Positions 18,709 to 26,659 of a DNA stretch of 32,000 nucleotides are shown in pieces. The translations under genes and the position numbers were made by a program. Source of the DNA: Moraxella nasovis (GTDB taxonomy: Bacteria > Pseudomonadota > Gammaproteobacteria > Pseudomonadales > Moraxellaceae). The DNA lies in NCBI RefSeq assembly GCF_022701215.1, contig NZ_CP089976.1, forward strand, positions 210,001 through 242,000, written 5' to 3'. Every line of letters begins with the position of its first letter. Within the stretch, counting starts at the first letter, position 1. Below the pieces are notes generated by a model. That model was given only the letters and a program-made list of their open reading frames with translations, was not told where the DNA came from and ran no database searches.

Positions 18709-19176
18709 TCAGCTTGTCTGATTGGTTATACTTTGCACCTGATACGCCAGGCAGATGTTCTGAACGATTCCATCGCCTACCGTATCAGGAATGGCTCTCA
18801 TCCAACTATCAGATGAGTAAGTGAGCACATAACCAGCCCCACTCCAGACAACTTTATTTCCATTTTTTGTATAATAAACCATATCCCCAATCGAAAATCT
18901 CTTAGCAGAACAATCAACATACCATAGCTCTTTGGACTCTTGATACACTCGGCCATCTCTCAATTTCTGCGCACCAGGATATTCTTTTTTAACCCAAGCC
19001 ATCACATAATATTTGCCTTTACTATAACCATTAAAATAATAACCTTGAATACTACTGTGGTCAATATAAGTTTTCTCTTTACCTTCATAACTACTTACGG
19101 GTGAAACAACCCAATTTGCTGCTATCGCTAATTGACTGGCAAAAGCTAGACAAGCACAAAAAACTAATTTTTTCAT
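18709..19176 (-). CDS. Exported protein, possibly surface-adhesin protein E-like fold (Pfam Adhesin_E-like)
   Basis: Signal peptide MKKLVFCACLAFASQLAIA. The mature part has TYIDHSSI..., ...LWYVDCSAKRF... and ...QNICLAY, which parallel blocks of Haemophilus protein E (YYIDSESI, ILNCANYH, QIICANY). The ORF-track start at 19188 is TTG, and ATG 19176 is preferred. Confidence 0.6.
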   Translation of the reverse strand: MKKLVFCACLAFASQLAIAANWVVSPVSSYEGKEKTYIDHSSIQGYYFNGYSKGKYYVMAWVKKEYPGAQKLRDGRVYQESKELWYVDCSAKRFSIGDMVYYTKNGNKVVWSGAGYVLTYSSDSWMRAIPDTVGDGIVQNICLAYQVQSITNQTS

Positions 19177-19217
19177 CAAAATTTCCAATTTTCTTTATTA
19201 TGTCGGTAGTAAGTAAT

Positions 19218-19781
19218 CTAATCCACAATTTCAAATTTGATACTACCAAAATCAACTTGGCCAACTTTCACAGACATCAAGTAAACACCCTTTGGTGTTC
19301 TTGCTGATTCAAATACCCAGCAAGAACTCAAGCTGTTAGTTTTGCTTATTTGCTTTCTATTATAGCCATAAGTATAATTAGTTATTTGTCCTCCGTTATG
19401 AATCTCGTCTTCAGTGGTATTTTGCCCGAAAAATGGTACACCTAAACGAACAGACTGCGGTAAATTAAAGAGCTCACTAATATAATACTGATTGTCATTT
19501 GGTACGGGGTAAACCTGCCAGCATATATTTTGATTTTTCCTCAGAGAAACTTGATTTCCACCTACCGGCCCTCTTCTGCCAGGCTCATAAACATCAACAT
19601 ATATCCTGGGCTGGGCCTGTGTTTGATAGTAATAATAGACGTCCTGATTGTTTTCATAACGAGCGTTTTCTACGCCACGATTATAAGCTCCAAATATATT
19701 TGGGATGTAGGTAGCATTTACCAATGTACTAAACGCGCTAAATAAAGCAACCGTTAAAACCAAGCCTGCTGATTTTTTCAT
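19218..19781 (-). CDS. Exported protein of unknown function (Tyr/Asn/Gln-rich N-terminal part, two Cys)
   Basis: ATG 19781 is preceded by AGGAG at a 5-nt spacing. Signal peptide MKKSAGLVLTVALFSAFSTLVNA. The C-terminal beta-rich part (CWVFESARTPKGVYLMSVKVGQVDFGSIKFEIV) is vaguely DUF3859-like, but this is unverified. Confidence 0.6.
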   Translation of the reverse strand: MKKSAGLVLTVALFSAFSTLVNATYIPNIFGAYNRGVENARYENNQDVYYYYQTQAQPRIYVDVYEPGRRGPVGGNQVSLRKNQNICWQVYPVPNDNQYYISELFNLPQSVRLGVPFFGQNTTEDEIHNGGQITNYTYGYNRKQISKTNSLSSCWVFESARTPKGVYLMSVKVGQVDFGSIKFEIVD

Positions 19782-19789
19782 TGAAGCTC

Positions 19790-20146
19790 CTAAATGCAAA
19801 TTCCATAACTATTGTCTGACAACTGCCAAGCTCGCCCATTTTGATCTGTACCATTTTGATAAAGCATCATCATCCCCGATGTGTAAAATCCACTTAATTT
19901 AATAATACTAGCCTGTCCCGCATCCCACCATATAACCGCATAATGATCAAACATACTATACTTGCCCATATATGCATTGCCGGTAGCTTCGTTGAGCTCT
20001 TGTCCACTATAAATATGAGACTGCACCTGATATGATTTCGACCAAGAATAATTGGTTTGATATTTTGCGCATACTTTTTTAACCTCGTAAGCGCTTGCTT
20101 GAGTCATTAAAATAAATCCAAAACCCAAAAATAAAAGTCTTTTCAT
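19790..20146 (-). CDS. Small exported protein of unknown function (118 aa, Cys near each end of the mature chain)
   Basis: Signal peptide MKRLLFLGFGFILMTQASA. Its TAG stop (19790-19792) overlaps the Shine-Dalgarno of the next gene, which indicates an operon. Confidence 0.6.
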   Translation of the reverse strand: MKRLLFLGFGFILMTQASAYEVKKVCAKYQTNYSWSKSYQVQSHIYSGQELNEATGNAYMGKYSMFDHYAVIWWDAGQASIIKLSGFYTSGMMMLYQNGTDQNGRAWQLSDNSYGICI

Positions 20147-20230
20147 GAAGATTCCATTAATTGCAAAAAATTATTCGTTCATGTTACAATAAGCCATTAA
20201 AACTTTAAACCAACCATCAATTCCCATGTG

Positions 20231-20245
20231 CTAACTGCCAGTTGG
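20231..20245. promoter_or_regulatory. Imperfect palindrome (candidate operator) just upstream of a TATAAT box in the divergent control region
   Basis: CTAACTG-C-CAGTTGG matches in 6 of 7 arm positions. TATAAT at 20253-20258 lies 15 nt upstream of the XRE-family gene ATG (20273). An outer inverted repeat AACCAAC...GTTGGTT surrounds it. Confidence 0.35.
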
Positions 20246-20272
20246 TTTTTTATATAATTATTGTAGGTTTCT

Positions 20273-20668
20273 ATGATTAATTTTGACACCATTCGTGAAC
20301 TGCGAGAAAATCGTAGTTGGACACAAGAAGAGATGGCAGAAAAGCTTGGTATGACCAGAAATGGTTACGCCAAAATTGAACGTGGCGAGAGCACGCCAAA
20401 CCTCGAAAGATTAGATGAAATTGCAAACACTTTAGGTGTTAAAGTTATTGAATTACTAAGGCTTGATAATAAACACGTTGTCTGCCAGATTAGCGAAAAT
20501 CATAGTAATAATCACTACTATAATAATGACCAAAATCTTACAGTTGAGATTGAGAAATTAAAACTCATCATTGCTCACAAAGATGAGTTAATCGCCCAAA
20601 AAGACGAACACATTCAAGCACTTAAACGCTTAGCATACAATAACAACAAAGTCATCCCTGAACTATAA
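20273..20668 (+). CDS. XRE-family helix-turn-helix transcriptional regulator with a C-terminal coiled-coil
   Basis: aa 5-62 (IRELRENRSWTQEEMAEKLGMTRNGYAKIERGESTPNLERLDEIANTLGV) are a canonical HTH_3/Cro-C1 domain. The C-terminus LTVEIEKLKLIIAHKDELIAQKDEHIQALKRL is heptad-like. The gene is divergent from the exported-protein operon. Confidence 0.85.
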   Translation: MINFDTIRELRENRSWTQEEMAEKLGMTRNGYAKIERGESTPNLERLDEIANTLGVKVIELLRLDNKHVVCQISENHSNNHYYNNDQNLTVEIEKLKLIIAHKDELIAQKDEHIQALKRLAYNNNKVIPEL

Positions 20669-20678
20669 TTAATCAAAA

Positions 20679-20718
20679 TAAGCTAGTTGTCAGAAACATT
20701 CATCTGACAACTGGCTTA
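20679..20718. other. 16-bp hairpin at the right edge of the accessory cluster
   Basis: TAAGCTAGTTGTCAGA / TCTGACAACTGGCTTA (one G-T wobble) with an 8-nt loop. A T-run follows only in the minus orientation (TTTTGATT). Confidence 0.5.
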
Positions 20719-20768
20719 TACTATACTCAAAAAGTTAAGCTTTATCTTTATTCATTTTGGATCCACCA

Positions 20769-21467
20769 ATGACCACCTTCAAAGACCTATTATCCAAAGA
20801 TTTTCAAGCCCAATTAAAAGACTTGGGCGGTAAATCCACCAAACCCGAAACCGACATCAATGGCAAACCGACCAGCCAAAGCATCATGAAGCAAGGTGAT
20901 GTCGCCAAACAAGTCAAACGCTTTAATAGCGAACTTATTGACGATGATAAAGTGCTATTCATGCAAGCGATGAGCGGTGTCGCCCCACTCAAACACGAAA
21001 AAACCATCGCCCAAAAACCCCAAAAAGACGACAACGCCATCTACCGCCGTGCCAATGCCGAAGGGGGTGATGAGCTTGGCGGTGTCAATTTATCGGATAT
21101 GCAAGCTTTATTAAACCCTGTGGCAGGCGAAGCTTTTTTGAGTTATAAAAACCCCACCCTACAAAATAAAATTTTTGAACAATTAAAACAAGGCAAATTG
21201 CGTTGGTATGATGCCGTAGATTTGCATGGGTCTAGTATTGAAGATGCCAGAAATGCGGTCTTAACACTCATTCATCACGCCAAACAAAACGGCGAGACAG
21301 TCGTAAAAATCGTGCATGGCAAAGGCACAGATGCCATCATCAAAACCTGCGTCAATGGTTGGTTACGCCAAATCAGCGATGTGATGGCGTTTGTCTCCGC
21401 CCCTGCCAATGATGGCGGTAATGGGGCGGTACTTGTCCTACTAAAACGCAATAAAATCAATGGATAA
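20769..21467 (+). CDS. Smr-domain endonuclease (SmrA/SmrB family)
   Basis: The C-terminal Smr domain reads AVDLHGSSIEDARNAVLTLIHHAKQNGETVVKIVHGKG...MAFVSAPANDGGNGAVLVLLK. The N-terminal VLFMQAMSGVAPLKHEKT block resembles E. coli SmrA/SmrB. The ORF track start at 20757 is TTG, and ATG 20769 is preferred. Confidence 0.85.
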   Translation: MTTFKDLLSKDFQAQLKDLGGKSTKPETDINGKPTSQSIMKQGDVAKQVKRFNSELIDDDKVLFMQAMSGVAPLKHEKTIAQKPQKDDNAIYRRANAEGGDELGGVNLSDMQALLNPVAGEAFLSYKNPTLQNKIFEQLKQGKLRWYDAVDLHGSSIEDARNAVLTLIHHAKQNGETVVKIVHGKGTDAIIKTCVNGWLRQISDVMAFVSAPANDGGNGAVLVLLKRNKING

Positions 21468-22686
21468 CAAACAACCACTCACCATCGGCATCGTGGCAGG
21501 CGAGATCTCAGGCGATGCACTGGGTGCAGATTTCATGCACAAGATGAACGCCATACACCCAAATATCCGCTGGGTGGGAGTGGGTGGCAATCAAATGGCG
21601 AAAGCTGGGCTAATCTCCATCATTGATATGCGTAGATTATCGGTTATGGGGCTTACCGAAGTCATCAAGCATTTGCCTGATTTGATATTGGCAAAACGTC
21701 AAATTTTGGGCGAATTTCATCAAGCAGGCATTGATATTTTTGTGGGCATTGACGCACCTGATTTTAATTTAAGATTAGGTAAGGTATTAAAATCAAAGGG
21801 TATTTTTTGTGTGCAATACGTCAGCCCTAGCGTGTGGGCATGGCGTGAAAATCGCATTCATGGCATCAAACAGGCGACCGACTTGGTGCTGTGCTTATTT
21901 CCTTTTGAGTTAGATGTTTACCAAAGGCACCATCACCCTGCCGTATGTGTTGGTCATCCTTTGCTAAATACACTGACGGCAGATGAACGAAAGTTACCCA
22001 TCATTAGGCAAGAATTTTTTAAGCGGCACCACCTGCCAATTCAAGCTAATCCCAATCACCCTACCATCTGCGTCATGGCAGGCTCTCGTCTATCGGAGAT
22101 TAATGCTATTTTACCGCTGCTTGCTAAAAGCATGCTACTGATTGCTAAAAGCTTGCCTAATTGTCATTTTGTTTTGCCTGTAGTTAGCCAAGAACACGCC
22201 GATTATACCAGTAATCTGTTGCACAAACACGCCAATGACATCATCAAACTCACCCATATCATTTGTCAAGCAGACACAAATAACACACTCACCACAAGCC
22301 AAACTGCAATGAATGCAAGCGATATTATTTTATTGGCATCAGGCACTGCCACACTAGAAGCTCAATTATTAGAACGACCCATGGTAGTTGTCTATAAAAT
22401 CAGTCCTATTAGCTATGCTATCGCTAAAAGATTAGTTAAAACCCCTTATGTTGCTCTACCAAACATTTTATCAAATCAACAAAAAGGGTGCGCCATCGTG
22501 CCAGAACTAATTCAAGAAAATGCCGAACCCAAACAGATTGCAGAGTACGCCTTAATCATCTTAAACGATACAAACCAAGCACAACGCCAAAAACTGCATC
22601 AGCTTAATACTTGGTTACGTCAAGAATCCACCGCCAATCCTGCTGTCAGCACGCTTAATTATTATGGTAAGTTTTGTCATGAATAA
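21460..22686 (+). CDS. lpxB: Lipid-A-disaccharide synthase
   Basis: 408 aa. The N-terminus IGIVAGEISGDALGADFM..., then YVSPSVWAWRENR and ASGTATLEAQLLERPMVVVYK, are LpxB blocks. The start overlaps the smr stop (ATGGATAA), and rnhB follows as in E. coli. Confidence 0.93.
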   Translation: MDNKQPLTIGIVAGEISGDALGADFMHKMNAIHPNIRWVGVGGNQMAKAGLISIIDMRRLSVMGLTEVIKHLPDLILAKRQILGEFHQAGIDIFVGIDAPDFNLRLGKVLKSKGIFCVQYVSPSVWAWRENRIHGIKQATDLVLCLFPFELDVYQRHHHPAVCVGHPLLNTLTADERKLPIIRQEFFKRHHLPIQANPNHPTICVMAGSRLSEINAILPLLAKSMLLIAKSLPNCHFVLPVVSQEHADYTSNLLHKHANDIIKLTHIICQADTNNTLTTSQTAMNASDIILLASGTATLEAQLLERPMVVVYKISPISYAIAKRLVKTPYVALPNILSNQQKGCAIVPELIQENAEPKQIAEYALIILNDTNQAQRQKLHQLNTWLRQESTANPAVSTLNYYGKFCHE

Positions 22687-23425
22687 GCCAGCACATACGA
22701 TTTCATCACATGATAACTACTGTGCCATTAAAAGCCAAATTAACACACCTTTTGATGGTGTGACGCCCATCGTTATTGGCGTTGATGAAGTTGGGCGTGG
22801 CTGTCTGTTTGGTCATATGACGGTCAGTGCAGTTATCTTATCGCCAAAGCTTACTGGCGAATTTGGAGTTATCGATCTATCGGCTTCACCTATCGCTTTA
22901 TTAAATGACAGTAAAAAGCTTAGTCCTAAAAAGCGAGCATTATTATCTTCTCACATTCAGTCCATCTGCCAAAGCTATGTCCTTGTTGATATTCCCGCCT
23001 TTGTCATTGACGACATCAACATCTATCAAGCAACGCTATTAGGTATGCGATTAGCGATTGAGCATCTCATCAGTTTAAATCACATCACGCTTTCGCACGC
23101 TCCATTGATTATCATTGATGGCAATGCCATGCCAATACTTTCTGATCGTTTTTTGTGTTATCAGTCACGTCTTCAGACACTGATTAAAGGCGATAGTAAA
23201 CACAGCAGCATTGCTTGTGCGAGTATTTTAGCAAAAGTACATCGAGATGATAGCATGCTGCATTATGCCAAACTCTACCCTGATTATGGACTGGATAAGC
23301 ATAAGGGCTATGCTAGTAAATTTCACACTCACGCCATCACTACTTTTGGCATATTGCCCGAACACCGTAAAAGCTTTAACCCAATGAAAACCATGCTTTT
23401 GACAGCTAAAGATACACCAAATTAA
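22664..23425 (+). CDS. rnhB: Ribonuclease HII
   Basis: IGVDEVGRGCLFGHMTVSAVIL, NDSKKLSPKKR, IIDGN and KGDSKHSSIACASILAKVHRD are RNase HII motifs. An alternative start at ATG 22679 overlaps the lpxB stop (ATGAATAA). Confidence 0.92.
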   Translation: MVSFVMNKPAHTISSHDNYCAIKSQINTPFDGVTPIVIGVDEVGRGCLFGHMTVSAVILSPKLTGEFGVIDLSASPIALLNDSKKLSPKKRALLSSHIQSICQSYVLVDIPAFVIDDINIYQATLLGMRLAIEHLISLNHITLSHAPLIIIDGNAMPILSDRFLCYQSRLQTLIKGDSKHSSIACASILAKVHRDDSMLHYAKLYPDYGLDKHKGYASKFHTHAITTFGILPEHRKSFNPMKTMLLTAKDTPN

Positions 23426-23448
23426 TCGCTTTAAGCCTACTAAACTAC

Positions 23449-23610
23449 CTAATCAAATGCTTGCCATGATAGTGCAAGTTTTGCTCTTTTTCTTGCTTTT
23501 TTATGGCGAGTTTTTGGATTATCTTTATCATGCACGCCGCCTTTTTGAAAATTAATGTGCTTTGCGACATAATTTCTAACTTTAATCTGCTTAGTTGTTA
23601 TATTCATCAT
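23449..23610 (-). CDS. Small basic hypothetical protein (53 aa), not present in the supplied ORF track
   Basis: Read by hand on the minus strand as MMNITTKQIKVRNYVAKHINFQKGGVHDKDNPKTRHKKARKRAKLALSWQAFD. AAGGAT lies 5 nt upstream of the first ATG. The ORF sits downstream of the der terminator and converges on rnhB. The call rests on the SD and open frame only. Confidence 0.4.
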   Translation of the reverse strand: MMNITTKQIKVRNYVAKHINFQKGGVHDKDNPKTRHKKARKRAKLALSWQAFD

Positions 23611-23757
23611 CAGTATCCTTCATATTTTATTATATTTGCCATTTTAATTTAATGCTCACTACATTTACCCTATGAATAGTTTACCCACCTAAAGCAAATA
23701 TATCCGTGCAGTTGTTGTATCATCAATCACTGCAAATCTTAGAATATTCACCTGCAT

Positions 23758-23789
23758 AAAAACGGCACTAAAGTTAAAGTGCCGTTTAT
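23758..23789 (-). terminator. Rho-independent terminator downstream of der
   Basis: 10-bp stem AAACGGCACT / AGTGCCGTTT (23760-23769 / 23778-23787) with an 8-nt loop. On the minus strand the run reads GCCGTTTTTATG. Confidence 0.75.
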
Positions 23790-23862
23790 ATAAAGACAGA
23801 TTTGATAAAATCAAGTCTACTAAAGCAGGGGAACCCACTCGCTTTAGTGCCGTCTAACCAAA

Positions 23863-25278
23863 CTATCGCTTTTTCTCACGCTTTTTAAATTCAGCGATAC
23901 GCTTTTTCTCACGCAATTTTTTGGCTTTATTTTTCACCACAGGATTTTTTTTGCCTTCATATGGGTTGGCGTTTTTCTTAAACTCCACATGTAACGGTGT
24001 ACCTTCAAGCTTAAATACATTGCGATATACATTCTCCAAATAGCGTTGGTAGCTTTTTGGTAGGGCTGAAGTTTGGTTGCCATGAATAACAATCACAGGT
24101 GGGTTATGTCCGCCAAGGTGTGCATAGCGAAGTTTAATACGTCTTCCATTCACCATTGGCGGCTGATGCGATTCTACGGCATCTTGTAAAATCTGTGTTA
24201 AACGAGAAGTGGATACCTTAAACATCGATGCATCATATGCCTTATGAATGGAAGGATATAGATTGCCCACACCGTTTCCATATAAAGCAGAAATCAGATG
24301 AATCTTCACCCAAGGAATAAAGTGAAAACGTCTATCCATCTCAATCTTAACAATGTCTTTTTGGTCTTGGCTTAGCCCATCCCATTTATTAATGGCAATG
24401 ACAATCGCTCGCCCTGCATCTAATGCAAAGCCTAGCATATGTAAATCCTGATCAACGATGCCCTCTTTGGCATCAATGACCACGACGACGACGTTAGCAT
24501 CTTTAATGGCTTGTAAGGTTTTGACAACCGAGAACTTCTCCACCTTTTCGTCGATACGCCCACGACGACGTACGCCTGCTGTATCAATGAGTGTGTATTT
24601 ACGCCCTTCTCGCTCAAACGGAATGTAAATACTGTCTCGTGTCGTGCCAGGCATATCAAACACAACCACCCGCTCTTCGCCAAGCAAGCGATTGACCAAA
24701 GTTGATTTGCCGACATTTGGCCTGCCGATGATGGCAAGCTTAAGACCAGCTTCGTTTTCTTCTTCGGGTAAATCTTCGGCAAAGTCTGCTGTCAGCACTT
24801 CAAGCAGGTTGTGTACACCCTTGCCATGACTGGCTGCCATTGGTACTGGCTCACCAAAGCCCATGGCAAAAAACTCTGCCGATGCCGCCTCATGCACGCC
24901 ATCCATTTTATTAGCAACCAAAAAGACAGGTTTGCCAAGCGTATGTAAAAAACGTGCAATCTCTTGGTCTGCTCCAATCATGCCAGAGCGTGCATCTACG
25001 ACAAATACGATGATATCTGCCTCATGAATGGCGGTGTAAGATTGGGTTGCCATATAATCATCGATATTCCCCGTGCCATCATCAGCCTCACCGATACCAC
25101 CTGTATCAATAACGATAAATGACTTATTTTCATAAGTCGCATCACCGTACTGACGATCTCGAGTTAAGCCTGCCATATCTGCCACAAGTGCTTGGCGAGA
25201 CTTAGTCAGCTGATTAAACAGCGTAGATTTACCAACATTAGGTCTGCCGATTAAGGCGACAACTGGTTTAATACTCAT
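23863..25278 (-). CDS. der: Ribosome biogenesis GTPase Der (EngA), double GTPase domain
   Basis: 471 aa with two G-domains ([12 protein letters not shown]...DTGG and [12 protein letters not shown]...DTAG), a KH-like C-terminal domain and a Lys-rich tail. Confidence 0.96.
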   Translation of the reverse strand: MSIKPVVALIGRPNVGKSTLFNQLTKSRQALVADMAGLTRDRQYGDATYENKSFIVIDTGGIGEADDGTGNIDDYMATQSYTAIHEADIIVFVVDARSGMIGADQEIARFLHTLGKPVFLVANKMDGVHEAASAEFFAMGFGEPVPMAASHGKGVHNLLEVLTADFAEDLPEEENEAGLKLAIIGRPNVGKSTLVNRLLGEERVVVFDMPGTTRDSIYIPFEREGRKYTLIDTAGVRRRGRIDEKVEKFSVVKTLQAIKDANVVVVVIDAKEGIVDQDLHMLGFALDAGRAIVIAINKWDGLSQDQKDIVKIEMDRRFHFIPWVKIHLISALYGNGVGNLYPSIHKAYDASMFKVSTSRLTQILQDAVESHQPPMVNGRRIKLRYAHLGGHNPPVIVIHGNQTSALPKSYQRYLENVYRNVFKLEGTPLHVEFKKNANPYEGKKNPVVKNKAKKLREKKRIAEFKKREKKR

Positions 25279-25313
25279 AATTTCAACTTTTAAATTTTAT
25301 ATCTCAAAAACAC

Positions 25314-25344
25314 CACAGATGCCATACACTTTCGGGCATCTGTG
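25314..25344 (-). terminator. Hairpin with T-run between bamB and der
   Basis: 10-bp perfect stem CACAGATGCC / GGCATCTGTG with an 11-nt loop. On the minus strand it is followed by GTGTTTTTGAG. Confidence 0.6.
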
Positions 25345-25446
25345 ATTATCTTTTCCAATAACAAGACGGTCTAAGTCAGTCAATTACCACACCCAATATA
25401 AAAGCATTGTAATCATCACCTTTAGCTAACTTAAAAAGTTACAAAC

Positions 25447-26622
25447 TTAAAACCGCCAAACATTCACCACGCCTGCTTGAGTTTGGGTATAAAGACGATT
25501 TTGGTTGCTCTGCAAACTCGTCAGACGACCTTTAGATTTTTCACGACTGATGATTTTACCTGATGTGTCAAATATGTGAATCACACCTTCAAAATCACCC
25601 ACAACAATATAATTACCAATGGCGACAGGATTGGTTAATTTGCGGTATTTTAACTCTTTATTTTCCCACAATACATCGCCTGTTATAGCGTTAAAAGCCG
25701 TCACATCGCCACTTGTACTTGTAACCACAATCATACCCCCTAAATGCGTAGGGGTTGTTAAGCTTTTGATTGGCTTAGCAAACATCTTCTGTCCTGTGGT
25801 CATATCAAAGCCAACAAATGGACCGCTAAAGCTTGTTACATAAAGACGACTACCCACCACAAGTGGCATAGCATCGACATCTTTTAGATGATCAGTCATA
25901 CTACCACCTGCCGCCATACCAACAGCACGAGTCCACATTGGCACACCTGTTTGTATATTAAGTGCATGAATACGCCCATCAGTCGTGCCAAACACTGCTG
26001 TATCTCGATCAATTGCGATTGGCTTAGCAGCTCCAATAATACCTAGAGTGCTAAACTGCGTATCAAACTGCCAAACCACGTCGCCTGTTGCACGATCCAA
26101 ACCGTAAAGCGTTCCATTGTTGCCAGAAAGCAGTACTCGATTTGAGCTCACTAAAGCGGGGGTATAGCTGACTGTAGGCAGGCTTTTTGCCCATAAGACA
26201 TTACCATTATTAGCGTCTAATGCCACAACCTTGCCTGAATGCGTGCCAACTACCGCCACTTTACCATCTAAGCTTAACGCCACCGCACTGGTAATCGCAT
26301 CTTTGACAGCGATAGACCAAAGCTTGCCTGTGGCATTTATTGCACTTACCACACCACCTTCGCTGGCTGCAAAAAAAACGTCACCATGAGTTGCCACCTG
26401 TAAATCTGTCGTCATTTTCTTATTAAGTTTTAGCGATCTAGGAATTTTACCGTCAGTATCTAATCGCTGCTCAAGCTGTAACTGCAACACAGTCATTGGG
26501 GCTTGAATTTGCACAAGTTTTGCAGGCGTTTTTGGTTCAGCCTTTAAAGTTTTACTACAACCAGTTGCCGTCATAGCAAGTAATGCACAAGCAAGTGCTG
26601 TGTGAATCATTTTTGTACGCAT
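25447..26622 (-). CDS. bamB: Outer membrane protein assembly factor BamB (PQQ-like beta-propeller lipoprotein)
   Basis: Lipoprotein signal with lipobox LAMTATGC. Repeated beta-propeller blades are visible (G.V.A....G...W). The position between yfgM and der matches E. coli. Confidence 0.9.
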   Translation of the reverse strand: MRTKMIHTALACALLAMTATGCSKTLKAEPKTPAKLVQIQAPMTVLQLQLEQRLDTDGKIPRSLKLNKKMTTDLQVATHGDVFFAASEGGVVSAINATGKLWSIAVKDAITSAVALSLDGKVAVVGTHSGKVVALDANNGNVLWAKSLPTVSYTPALVSSNRVLLSGNNGTLYGLDRATGDVVWQFDTQFSTLGIIGAAKPIAIDRDTAVFGTTDGRIHALNIQTGVPMWTRAVGMAAGGSMTDHLKDVDAMPLVVGSRLYVTSFSGPFVGFDMTTGQKMFAKPIKSLTTPTHLGGMIVVTSTSGDVTAFNAITGDVLWENKELKYRKLTNPVAIGNYIVVGDFEGVIHIFDTSGKIISREKSKGRLTSLQSNQNRLYTQTQAGVVNVWRF

Positions 26623-26659
26623 GGCATTTCCTTTTTAAAATTACGATAATAATTAATGC

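Noticed and set aside
16908-20668. Compositional evidence that the J-domain/exported-protein cluster is a recent horizontal acquisition.
   Set aside because: My hand GC counts on 60-nt samples (17/60, 23/60, 26/60 and 24/60) overlap the window background too much to claim an anomaly, unlike the 28732-29727 gene. The accessory status here rests on gene content only.
23449-23610. Calling the 53-aa basic ORF an ArfA ribosome-rescue factor.
   Set aside because: The diagnostic KGKGSY-x-RK block is absent, and the putative RNase III hairpin near the 3' end is only 5 bp. I kept it as an unassigned small ORF.
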